Origin: a virus
Taxonomy: Duplodnaviria; Heunggongvirae; Uroviricota; Caudoviricetes
Direction: 5' to 3' (one strand)
Length of the DNA stretch: 64,000 nucleotides
Virus record (IMG/VR): IMGVR_UViG_3300000976_000008
Coordinates: 239,223 to 303,222 of that record
The notes beneath the pieces are model-generated. The model searched no databases and had not been told where the DNA came from. It saw nothing but the letters and a program-made list of their open reading frames with translations. Made by a program: the position numbers and the translations under genes. Shown in pieces: positions 56,017-64,000 of the stretch (position 1 is its first letter; each line of letters starts with the position of its first letter).

Positions 56017-56601
56017 CTACTCACCCGGTGGTGGCGGCGGCACCGGATTGTCGGGAAGACCAGGCACCTTTAATGTGAAGTCTGGATATTGAGGCGGAGC
56101 AGCCCCAATTCCCATCAAGTCATGAAATTGTTTGCCAGTGCCGTTGGCCGGAATCGCTAAGAATCCACCCTCCCAACGGTCTTCAGCATTCTGAGAGTAA
56201 ATGGCATAGCCGTCAGCCGCTCTCATATATCGTTTTACATCTTTGTCCTTAATCGCCGCGATCATTTCGACGATGCAAAACTTTCGGCCTCGATTTACTT
56301 GATCATGAAAATCTTGCCAGAGCTTCTGGAGTTTGTTCCATTCTCGAAGACGGTTGACAGCGGCGACTTCTTCAGGAGAGCCAGTGCCGTAGTCAGACAT
56401 GATCTTCACTTGGCTCAAATACCAAGCTTTACCAGGTATTCCCAACTCCGTGTAATTCGGAACGTAAGTGTCTCTTAGCCAACGAGTACATTCATCGTAA
56501 TGATCAGTGCAAGCGTTTTGATAATCTCTTGCCTTATCCCAATCATATCCTTGAGCAAGGGTAGGTGCTGACATAAGCACCAACAGAATCAACGATCTCA
56601 T
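56017..56601 (-). CDS. Secreted hypothetical protein, Pro-rich C-terminus
   Basis: Signal peptide ending TLA-QG; GAGGT RBS. Confidence 0.8.
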   Translation of the reverse strand: MRSLILLVLMSAPTLAQGYDWDKARDYQNACTDHYDECTRWLRDTYVPNYTELGIPGKAWYLSQVKIMSDYGTGSPEEVAAVNRLREWNKLQKLWQDFHDQVNRGRKFCIVEMIAAIKDKDVKRYMRAADGYAIYSQNAEDRWEGGFLAIPANGTGKQFHDLMGIGAAPPQYPDFTLKVPGLPDNPVPPPPPGE

Positions 56602-56695
56602 AACAACCTCAATGTACACGGCCACGTTTATCAACCTTAATAGCTTGCCGCCAGAAACTACCAAAGTGTTTCACTCTATTCATAGAGTGTCGGTT

Positions 56696-56920
56696 TTATG
56701 GGTAATAGTCCCATTCGTGTCGTTCATCAACAAGACGATCTGGTTCATTTTTACCAGTTGTCTTATCTAAGGCATATGAATAGCAAGCCATCTGGCCGTA
56801 CTCACCTTTGTAAGATGAAGCGTCTTTACTGTCTTCACAATAGACAAGAACAGAAGCATCATCAGTTCCTTGACCGTTGCAGGCTCTACCATCGTAGAGG
56901 ATGAATTGGCGATCCGACAT
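56696..56920 (-). CDS. Hypothetical protein
   Basis: MSDRQFILYDGRA; TAATG overlap. Confidence 0.7.
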   Translation of the reverse strand: MSDRQFILYDGRACNGQGTDDASVLVYCEDSKDASSYKGEYGQMACYSYALDKTTGKNEPDRLVDERHEWDYYP

Positions 56921-57096
56921 TAAACACCTGAAGCCATAGAGCAAGTTGATCGCATTGTGAAAAATCGTTGCTTCTCACCACAATGTGGACATTGCCAAAT
57001 ATGGACACCTGCTGGAAGAACAATCATTGAAGGCGGATTATGCTCTGGGTGCTGGCATCTTACAATCTTTTGTTTTTCATTGTCAATAAATGGCAT
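56920..57096 (-). CDS. Small Zn-binding protein (58 aa)
   Basis: CQHPEHNPPSMIVL...WQCPHCG. Confidence 0.7.
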   Translation of the reverse strand: MPFIDNEKQKIVRCQHPEHNPPSMIVLPAGVHIWQCPHCGEKQRFFTMRSTCSMASGV

Positions 57097-57103
57097 GAGT
57101 TAC

Positions 57104-57271
57104 CTAGGTGAAGGGACCTAAAACTATCGCCCAGAGGAAGTTCCCATATTCCATGTAAACTTCGTATTTTCTGGACGTTTTCGTCTTCTTATATTCAGAA
57201 TACTTCCAGAGTAGCTTGATGATTCCAATAACAGACCACGCTATTAGACCAACCCACCAGTAATCCGCCAT
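57104..57271 (-). CDS. Small membrane protein (55 aa)
   Basis: MADYWWVGLIAWSVIGIIKLLW; GGAGG RBS. Confidence 0.65.
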   Translation of the reverse strand: MADYWWVGLIAWSVIGIIKLLWKYSEYKKTKTSRKYEVYMEYGNFLWAIVLGPFT

Positions 57272-57297
57272 TGCACCCCTCCATAAAGAATCACCAT

Positions 57298-57549
57298 TAG
57301 GACTTTCAGACTATAACTATCTTTAGGTACAAGGTCTGTTCTAGTCCCTCATGCCCTCCAGTTCCCCTAGCTTAACGCATCAATGGGCTAAAGTCTACCT
57401 AAGTGGGATTCCTTATGGTTGAGGTCATCATTCCACTAACTACTCTCTGCATCTTCGAGAGTCATTTACAATGACTCGCTTAACAGGGGCTACAGAAGCT
57501 TGAGCTATTCTGCAGTTTGCCAAGATAGGGAACGACGGGGTGCCCTCAA
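57298..57549 (-). ncRNA. Candidate structured ncRNA downstream of tRNA-Ser
   Basis: Multiple helices, no plausible ORF. Confidence 0.4.
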
Positions 57550-57550
57550 G

Positions 57551-57637
57551 CGGAAATCATGGGAATCGAACCCACACCGGTTTTATCCGGAACACTTTAG
57601 CAAAGTGTCGCAACAAGCCAATATTTGCCTAATTTCC
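57551..57637 (-). tRNA. tRNA-Ser(GCT)
   Basis: ACACT TT-GCT-AA AGTGT, long variable arm, G73. Confidence 0.9.
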
Positions 57638-57725
57638 ATAGTCCGGGGTAGTCACAAGTTCATCGTCTTCTTGCCTAACGAATCATCACTGATAACTATT
57701 TAAGGGATAATCCACACCCGGATAT

Positions 57726-57998
57726 TCACCTAATTCTTCTCATATAGTACCTGTATGCCCTGCCGATTACTTCTCTGCTGGAATCGATATCATTGTATTT
57801 TTCTTGAAGTCTTCGAAGGATTTCAGGATATTCCAATTTGCTGGAGTTCTCGAATTCTTTGAAAATTTCATCATCTTTGAGGGATCTGTAGCAATCAAGA
57901 TCATCAAGATGCTCACTTGCTAGGAATCTGATCATATCTCTTTTTCTACGAGATACGATCCTAGTTGTTCCTTGTTGTGGCCTCTTAAATTCTTTCAT
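57726..57998 (-). CDS. Hypothetical protein
   Basis: ATGA-coupled. Confidence 0.7.
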   Translation of the reverse strand: MKEFKRPQQGTTRIVSRRKRDMIRFLASEHLDDLDCYRSLKDDEIFKEFENSSKLEYPEILRRLQEKYNDIDSSREVIGRAYRYYMRRIR

Positions 57999-58339
57999 TT
58001 GACGCGGATCGGTGTCGTCCGAAATCCCTCACAAATTTGGTTTCTTGCTTCTTTGAGTGCTTCGATGTAGCTCCAGTAGAAGTGAATTCTGCGACCACCT
58101 TCTGGCCAGAATTCATCTTTCACTTCTCCTGAAAATGTCATTCCGAGACCATCTTCGTGTATGGTAGCTATCTGGAGCAATCGATGATCTGGGCTAACCT
58201 CTGCGAGACTTTTGTGGTGTCGAAGAACATTCTCCAATTCAGCAGTTGTATCTTCTGCAGCACTCGCCATTGATCTTGATCTTCCAAATGACTCGTAAAA
58301 AAGGAATCTCGTGCTTTTATGTTTCGGGCACATTGACAT
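57995..58339 (-). CDS. Hypothetical protein
   Basis: Start uncertain. Confidence 0.7.
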   Translation of the reverse strand: MSMCPKHKSTRFLFYESFGRSRSMASAAEDTTAELENVLRHHKSLAEVSPDHRLLQIATIHEDGLGMTFSGEVKDEFWPEGGRRIHFYWSYIEALKEARNQICEGFRTTPIRVK

Positions 58340-58694
58340 CGCTAGCGTACCGTCTGCTTTTCTTGAGCAGATTTCAGAAATCTTAAGCTCAACAACTTAA
58401 AACCCGTCTTCAATCCGGTCAACCCTCTCACACGAACTTTTCGTGAAGCACGAAATTTACCTTTCCAGAAATCCTCCACTTCGACGACCTCGCCACTGTC
58501 GCACCACAAGGCTCACAACCAAGTCTTCTTTACGGCATTAAAATACGAAGTTTCTTCGGAATCTCCTATTGCGGAACAAAGGCCAATACCTTAACCACAA
58601 CTAACCTAAAAATACATCTCTGAGTAGTGTGAGATTTCAGGTTACACTATTCACCAGGATTAGAAGTCCTGAGTGGCCATCTTCAACCTCACAG

Positions 58695-58782
58695 CGGAAA
58701 GGAGGGGAGTCGAACCCCTAAGGCACTGTTAATGCTCGCCGGTTTTCAAAACCGATGCCATCGCCAATTGGCTTGCCCTTCC
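58695..58782 (-). tRNA. tRNA-Ser(TGA)
   Basis: TCGGT TT-TGA-AA ACCGG, long variable arm, G73. Confidence 0.92.
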
Positions 58783-58783
58783 G

Positions 58784-59197
58784 TTAATCTAAAGTTTCTA
58801 CCTCATCAACTATGTGCATGATTCCATATCGCCAGTCACACATCCCGGTAAGGTCTTCTACTGTGTCTTCTTTGAACTCTCCTTTACTGTTCTCGATGCT
58901 TAAGGCAACGAATGCCTCACATTTTTTCTTGTCTCGATAGAACTTCTCAGTCCAGGTCTTCCCAATTTTGCCACCATCAATACTGATTGTACGAAATCGC
59001 CATAACCTACCCAGATTATGCGTGTCTGCTTCAGCAATCGCTTCCTTGACAAGATTTGAAACATCACATGCACGATTCAGAAGAATTGTGTACTTGAATA
59101 CCTCATCTCCCGTTTGATGAAGCCATTTGTTGATTTTCATCCCAGAGAGATGAATGATCATTTCGTCTCGGCTAGGGATTGGTGGTGATTCATTCAT
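58784..59197 (-). CDS. Hypothetical protein
   Basis: 137 aa between tRNAs. Confidence 0.75.
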   Translation of the reverse strand: MNESPPIPSRDEMIIHLSGMKINKWLHQTGDEVFKYTILLNRACDVSNLVKEAIAEADTHNLGRLWRFRTISIDGGKIGKTWTEKFYRDKKKCEAFVALSIENSKGEFKEDTVEDLTGMCDWRYGIMHIVDEVETLD

Positions 59198-59203
59198 TGT
59201 GAA

Positions 59204-59277
59204 TGCCCTCTCTCGGATTCGAACCGAGGACCTACCGTTTAAAAGACGGTGGCTCTAACCAACTGAGCTAAGAGGGC
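59204..59277 (-). tRNA. tRNA-Lys(TTT)
   Basis: ACCGT CT-TTT-AA ACGGT; canonical cloverleaf. Confidence 0.95.
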
Positions 59278-59390
59278 CTTAGTTTGCCCTCGTATATGCT
59301 ACAAAGGCAAACTAACTACTGGAGGATAGCCAGTGTTTACCTGAGCGTTTCGAATATAGTTGGTTGTGCATCATTATTGAAATCCTAAGA

Positions 59391-59475
59391 AGCAGACAAC
59401 CGACTACAGAAAGGAGGCACTATGACCCTGCCGGAGCGAATGGGGTAGTAGTTTTTGCCTAATCGGTTGTCTGCT
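59391..59475 (-). ncRNA. Candidate hairpin sRNA exposing anti-Shine-Dalgarno sequence
   Basis: 13-16 bp stem; loop contains CAT-AGTG-CCTCCTTTCT. Confidence 0.5.
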
Positions 59476-59797
59476 CAAATTTCTCAACTTAAGCCTTCAT
59501 AGCTGATTGCCCGAATGCAGAGCAACTAATCTTCAAGCTTAACGTCGGATGTGGGTCACAATTCTTTATGATACCGTTATTAGTGGCATCAATCATCAGA
59601 ATTATGACGATGCGATCTCGTGGGCACAGAATAAAGTGCTTCACTTAATCGCGATGAGTCTTCAACAAAAAGGTTTCATCACTACCAATTTGTTTGCTGT
59701 TTAGATCTCGTATTGCAATAATAAATGCAATAGTCTTCGACCTATTGGCACCCATCACGAGGGATGGTAATTGTAAAACCAACAGCATGAAAACTAG

Positions 59798-59871
59798 TGG
59801 CGGAGACAAGATTCGAACTTGCGACCTCAAGGTTATGAGCCTTGCGAGCTACCGGACTGCTCCACTCCGCT
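59798..59871 (-). tRNA. tRNA-Met(CAT), initiator-like
   Basis: CAAGG CT-CAT-AA CCTTG; A1:C72 mismatch. Confidence 0.92.
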
Positions 59872-60092
59872 ACACTTTTGACACAAACAATGAACTCAAG
59901 GTTCGTGTCAAAATAAAAGATTTGAGCAAGCATCTAACATTTCAATTATTTATTTATAGATGTCTTGCTCAGGACCGTCTTGACCCTCCGTTCGGGCACA
60001 TGATTTCATTTTCAATTTGCCATACTAATATATATTATATTAATATAGCACCGTCATCACGGAATCGTTAAGACACGCAGTCCAATCTTTAA

Positions 60093-60116
60093 CACTTCAG
60101 CACTTCAGCACTTCAG
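60093..60116. repeat. Tandem 8-mer repeat (CACTTCAG)x3
   Basis: Seen directly. Confidence 0.9.
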
Positions 60117-60174
60117 AAAACTTGCAGTTCATCGATCTCGGACAATTTATCTTTACCCGAAACCTCCCTACCGA

Positions 60175-60372
60175 CTAGGCACTAGCAACGTTTTGTGCCC
60201 TGGGACCTTTATCACCATGTTCAACGTCGAACCTGACAGATTGGCCTTCTTCCAAGACTTCAAATTGACCGTCACAAGCATTAGCATGGAAGAAGATATC
60301 CTTGTCCGATTCAGAGCTAGTAATGAAACCAAACCCCTTCTCATCAATCTTCTTCTTAATCGTTCCTACCAT
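60175..60372 (-). CDS. cspA: Cold-shock domain protein
   Basis: KGFGFI (RNP1), DIFFHA (RNP2), LEEGQSVRF, KGPRAQNV. Confidence 0.95.
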   Translation of the reverse strand: MVGTIKKKIDEKGFGFITSSESDKDIFFHANACDGQFEVLEEGQSVRFDVEHGDKGPRAQNVASA

Positions 60373-60400
60373 CGAATCAAAACACCCTCAAAATGAAAAA

Positions 60401-60551
60401 TGACCAGAGTTGGACTCGCACCAACACCGCTGCCTGTTAGGACAGCCTTCTCTCCCGATCCTCAATCGATCGACTCAATAGACACGCCGAACAAAGTTCG
60501 ACACTTCCGTGAGTCCGTAGATCCAAAACGAGATCCTTAAAGTATCTGGTC
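60401..60551 (-). ncRNA. tRNA-like RNA with expanded D-arm region
   Basis: Acceptor GACCAGA/TCTGGTC-A, T arm GTTGG TGCGAGT CCAAC. Confidence 0.6.
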
Positions 60552-60637
60552 GTAAAGTGAGTGACTCTTCAATCTGGAATTCTGCATCCCAATCCAGCTT
60601 CAAGATGAGTCGTCTGGAGGCAAACTGTTACTCACAG

Positions 60638-60752
60638 TCACCCGTAGTGGAATCGAACCACTTTCTGTCAGGTCATAGCATAGGTCTTGGTATCGGGCCG
60701 AAAACCAATCCGCCAGCGTTCCCTTCTTGACTTACCATTAGTCGAACAGGTG
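60638..60752 (-). ncRNA. tRNA-like RNA with about 65-nt segment replacing anticodon arm
   Basis: Acceptor CACCTGT/ACGGGTG-A, D arm GACT AATGGTA AGTC, T arm AGTGG TTCGATT CCACT. Confidence 0.75.
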
Positions 60753-60767
60753 AAATTTTCGTCTCTG

Positions 60768-60803
60768 TACCTTAAATACGTTTGAATCATGAAGAAGAAA
60801 CAT
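60768..60803 (-). promoter_or_regulatory. Class II promoter-like motif
   Basis: ATGTTTCTTC-N10-AAACGTATTTAAGGTA, 15 nt before tRNA-like RNA. Confidence 0.65.
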
Positions 60804-61332
60804 CAACTGGTCCAACATGTTCAAGGTCCGATCTTTGATACTGTCTTCCAGAGATTGAGATATCGTCCTCCCAACCGAAATCTACTATTCCTAATTCCTC
60901 CATCTTATGGAGATACCTAAGGTCAAATAGAATTACTGCTAGGTCAATCCTATCAAGAATTGTCTGAATTGTTTCCGTGTAACGTTGAGAAGTTAACTCA
61001 TTTTGTTTAATAAGCACACCCCTCTGTAGAAGCAATCTGAAAGTTACTGTTTCATGAATCTTTGCGAACACCCTTTCTATTATACCAGGTTCAGTAATAT
61101 CGTACGACATGTGTGGATGACTAAGAGAAATTCTATCATCCCAGAAATGTACACTAGCTAATGTCTGAGGCATTTTCTCAGGTAAGACGCCTCGTATGGC
61201 GATCGCAAAATCACTCTCCAACTCACGATCAGCATCGTCGGGATCAAGGTCAGAGTTGTCTATAAAGCTTGCGATCGGTGAATAAATCCCTTCGACCACT
61301 TCGAAAATACCAGTCGCGATCTTCTGTATCAA
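60787..61332 (-). CDS. Hypothetical, family A
   Basis: YDITEPGIIERV. Confidence 0.75.
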   Translation of the reverse strand: MIQKIATGIFEVVEGIYSPIASFIDNSDLDPDDADRELESDFAIAIRGVLPEKMPQTLASVHFWDDRISLSHPHMSYDITEPGIIERVFAKIHETVTFRLLLQRGVLIKQNELTSQRYTETIQTILDRIDLAVILFDLRYLHKMEELGIVDFGWEDDISISGRQYQRSDLEHVGPVDVSSS

Positions 61333-61723
61333 ATTCTACCTCTCGATAGCAATCCCAATAACACATCCACGTAGTTAGGTAATGCGATATCTGACGATAA
61401 GCGTTCTTGGGAAATTCTGGGTCAGAGTACAGGAATTTATCAGCTTCCGGTTGAAGCCCACCCGGTTGCAAACGATCCGGATGTAAGAATCTGACTCTTA
61501 CAAATTCTCGATGGTAAGTGTTTATCTCTATGCAACGAGAAACATGATCATCATGCTGATGGTCTGTTGGTCCAGCAATGAAAAACAGACCATACTTTAT
61601 GTTCCTAGAGCCGATGAAATTCAACCTGAAGCCGTTTGAAAGATGTAAATCCTCATATGTGTCGAATCCTTCGAGAAGTATAGCAGTCGCTAATTCTCTG
61701 ATTTCATAATCATTGGTCTTCAA
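61250..61723 (-). CDS. Hypothetical, family A
   Basis: FLYSDPEFPKNA. Confidence 0.75.
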   Translation of the reverse strand: MKTNDYEIRELATAILLEGFDTYEDLHLSNGFRLNFIGSRNIKYGLFFIAGPTDHQHDDHVSRCIEINTYHREFVRVRFLHPDRLQPGGLQPEADKFLYSDPEFPKNAYRQISHYLTTWMCYWDCYREVEFDTEDRDWYFRSGRRDLFTDRKLYRQL

Positions 61724-61732
61724 GATTCACAC

Positions 61733-62338
61733 TCATGAAAGTTTCCGACCGATCGCCTCTTCGACCTTCTTCGTCAATCCACTGAGTGGGTGAGACGAGC
61801 CGACGATCATTTCTGAACTGAGTCGTTTCGAGTCTCGCACGTCGTAAGTTCGATCGAACGTGAATACAAACTTGAATCGATCTCGATTGTCGTGTTCTTT
61901 TCGGGTCTCGAATTCGACGACAATACCAGGGTTACACTCTGGTGAGAGAAGGCGATCTTCAGTCACGCTTTTGATCTCGAAGATTTCCCCGTCGCCATCA
62001 AGTTCAATCCACTCGAAACTGTGGCACTTGTTCTGACTTCCAACGATGGCTGCTTCGATGCACATTTGCTCGAAGATAGATTGGGTAATCTTCCTACCCT
62101 TATCGTCGTTTTCAGAATATCCCTTCCGTCGCTTCTCGCGGAATTTCGTGTCAATGAAGCGAGAAGCGGAATAGACGTCAGAGTGCGAATGTTCTTTCGA
62201 CTGTCCCTTAGTCCCAAGTCTGCCCCACCGGACGACGACTTTCTTTTTCTTTTCATCCCACCAAGCGGCCCAAAATTTGTTGTGGGTGCCCGATTGTTGG
62301 ACAACGATTTTTTCTTCTTTGTATCGATCTTGCCACAT
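61733..62338 (-). CDS. WGR-domain protein
   Basis: HNKFW...VVVRWGRLGTKGQ...EKRRKGY. Confidence 0.85.
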   Translation of the reverse strand: MWQDRYKEEKIVVQQSGTHNKFWAAWWDEKKKKVVVRWGRLGTKGQSKEHSHSDVYSASRFIDTKFREKRRKGYSENDDKGRKITQSIFEQMCIEAAIVGSQNKCHSFEWIELDGDGEIFEIKSVTEDRLLSPECNPGIVVEFETRKEHDNRDRFKFVFTFDRTYDVRDSKRLSSEMIVGSSHPLSGLTKKVEEAIGRKLS

Positions 62339-62367
62339 GGCGTTCTCCAGGATTGAAATCTACTATA

Positions 62368-62394
62368 TTATTGCAACAGGAGGATTGTCGTTAA
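62368..62394 (-). promoter_or_regulatory. Class I promoter motif
   Basis: TTAAC-N13-TTGCAATAA. Confidence 0.7.
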
Positions 62395-62396
62395 TA

Positions 62397-63032
62397 TCAG
62401 ACTTTGAAATTCGGATCTGCAGCAACATCAGGTATTTTGTTATTTTTCAAAGCTTCATGAAGCATGAATCTATTAGATATTACTTCATCCTCATGGATGG
62501 CTTTAAATTCTTTATACCATTGTAGAACTCTGGGATCTTTTACTTCATTCTCAATCGTAAAAGAAGGACATGAATTCTTATGGCGAATAGCACGAAGAAG
62601 AAACATTTTTCGATTTTTGACGAGATCTGTATAACGTGTATCATTGCCAGGCATTGCCTGCATTTTGCTATATAAATCCCTAAAGAGACCTACTTTTTCA
62701 CAGATAAACCAGTAACGACCTGGACTCGATTCGACACCAATCCATTTGATACCATCTGCTCTTAATGCAGAAGCTGTGGCAATCATTTCATTCTGACCAT
62801 CGCAATCCAGAACGAGTATGTGTTGTCTCTTCTCGAAAAATCTCGTGAACCACCATCTGCCTGTTTTAGGCAATCGAGTAGAAACAAGTGCTGCAAATTT
62901 CTTATTGAAGATATCACCATCTTTGATGGCGACACTGATGCGATTTCTAAACTTCTCCAGAGTTTTCTTCTTCATTTCAACCGTATTGCCATATGGTCCG
63001 CTGTATTCCATCACAGTGTAATATTCAATCAT
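62397..63032 (-). CDS. Hypothetical protein (weak prim-pol-like LVLDCD...ESSPGRY motif)
   Basis: Motif resemblance only. Confidence 0.6.
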   Translation of the reverse strand: MIEYYTVMEYSGPYGNTVEMKKKTLEKFRNRISVAIKDGDIFNKKFAALVSTRLPKTGRWWFTRFFEKRQHILVLDCDGQNEMIATASALRADGIKWIGVESSPGRYWFICEKVGLFRDLYSKMQAMPGNDTRYTDLVKNRKMFLLRAIRHKNSCPSFTIENEVKDPRVLQWYKEFKAIHEDEVISNRFMLHEALKNNKIPDVAADPNFKV

Positions 63033-63508
63033 AATGTTTCAAGCAACCATCTTTTAGCTAAAGTGTCAACCCATCCCATCAATACATCGAAAGAATTTGG
63101 ATTAGATAGTTCATAGTTCATTGTTGCTTTGGGCCATTGTTCACATTTGAAAGCTTGTGAGCGAGTTCTCCAATCGATCATCAAGTTCTCAACATTCCTG
63201 CCTGCATGGATCTCCGCAAAATCTGGAATTTTGGCCACTCCAAATCCTGCTTTGAATTCCAGTTCATTGATCTCTCGATCTAAACGAAGCGGATCAACAG
63301 AAAATGTGATAACACGGCGATTTATCTGCGTCTCTATGATTTTCGAGTAATTCTCATATTCTCTAATTGCGAAGACCATATCACAATCAGAGAATGGGAG
63401 TGACACCCTACGAGACGTAGCAGCGATCTCAGGAACAAGATTTAACTGTTCCGCTATTTCAACATAAATCGCCAAAGCTATGTCAGTGGAAGCAACGCTA
63501 TGCTTCAT
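63029..63508 (-). CDS. Hypothetical, family A
   Basis: YELSNPNSFDVL. Confidence 0.8.
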   Translation of the reverse strand: MKHSVASTDIALAIYVEIAEQLNLVPEIAATSRRVSLPFSDCDMVFAIREYENYSKIIETQINRRVITFSVDPLRLDREINELEFKAGFGVAKIPDFAEIHAGRNVENLMIDWRTRSQAFKCEQWPKATMNYELSNPNSFDVLMGWVDTLAKRWLLETL

Positions 63509-63992
63509 CGAAAATTGCCATTGCTTCAGTTAGGATCTCGTCACTGACTGGATCAACGTAGACCGCAATCGGATTTTCACGATTGGCATCGAATCGCATA
63601 GTCATGACTTCCCGATCTCCGACCTTTTCGATCTGCCATGATTCAGGCAGTGGCGCACGAGACTCTTCATCTTCGCTGTCAAAGTCCGTGATCGAAATCT
63701 CGCAATCCGGGTCAGAAGAGAACTCGAAATCACCAACTAGTGCTTCCAAACCTGAACCTTCAGACACCAAAGCCATTCTGTCGAAGAAATCCTGAGCAAG
63801 TGGTTTGCTAGTTTCATATTCCGAGTCTTCTTGCTTTTCTGCGAAAACAGACACACTGTGATCAACGTCGTCAGTGTTTCGTTCGTTAGCTTCGGCTTCC
63901 TTCACTCGATTCACGACGTCGTTGATAAGTGAGCCAAGAACATTGCGGTGAACGATCTCCGGTGGCTCGTCTTCGAAGTTATTCGAGATCAA
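63498..63992 (-). CDS. Acidic hypothetical protein (may extend beyond window)
   Basis: 164+ aa ORF. Confidence 0.7.
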   Translation of the reverse strand: MISNNFEDEPPEIVHRNVLGSLINDVVNRVKEAEANERNTDDVDHSVSVFAEKQEDSEYETSKPLAQDFFDRMALVSEGSGLEALVGDFEFSSDPDCEISITDFDSEDEESRAPLPESWQIEKVGDREVMTMRFDANRENPIAVYVDPVSDEILTEAMAIFDEA

Positions 63993-64000
63993 TTTGGTAA

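Noticed and set aside
58343-58590. Another UGA-interrupted ORF (KKTWL*ALWCDSG...)
   Set aside because: No start codon/RBS upstream of the UGA and no recognisable motif.
15353-60682. TATGACC as an enriched genome-wide motif
   Set aside because: The 7-mer count I could see is close to chance for 64 kb on both strands; only the longer contextual matches are reported.
1-64000. Genome-wide UGA reassignment (code 4/25)
   Set aside because: Coding density is high under code 11 and many genes end in TGA within ATGA overlaps, including ligA at its natural BRCT end.
1-64000. CRISPR array, rRNA, IS element
   Set aside because: No regularly spaced repeat-spacer series, rRNA or transposase motifs seen; repeats are only 2-3 copies.

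Overview
64 kb from a large (jumbo-type) dsDNA phage genome: densely packed, mostly minus-strand short ORFs with frequent ATGA/TAATG stop-start overlaps, a tRNA/ncRNA-rich right third, and no structural or replication genes. The host is probably a planctomycete/PVC bacterium (inferred from a Minf_1886/Plancto_Ver-type gene). Recognisable genes: NAD-dependent DNA ligase, an ATP-dependent ligase-like nucleotidyltransferase, four HNH nucleases, GroES, CspA, a TraR/DksA zinc finger, a MoxR ATPase + metallopeptidase/vWA pair, two SAM methyltransferases, DUF6580, DUF6283, a WGR protein, and a pseudokinase-vWA-divergent PurA-unknown-nucleotidyltransferase operon. The best candidate novel system is an opal (UGA)-gated translation module at about 42.8-48.4 kb. 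It comprises two diverged tRNAs that both keep a UCA anticodon, a Pth2-like peptidyl-tRNA hydrolase gene and a cupin gene each interrupted by one in-frame UGA, and UGA-containing leader ORFs with RAPP/RDPP motifs, all in a genome that otherwise uses UGA as a normal stop. Also found: three tRNA-like RNAs with 65-105 nt internal expansions, non-canonical duplicated tRNA-Trp genes, hairpin sRNA candidates (anti-SD loop; tandem G.A cores), a 14-copy bipartite promoter (TTAAC-N13-TTGCAACAA), and an approximately 25-member expanded protein family sharing a C-terminal [FY]-x-[YLI]-S-D-P-x-F motif. All calls are by-eye pattern recognition; no database searches were run.
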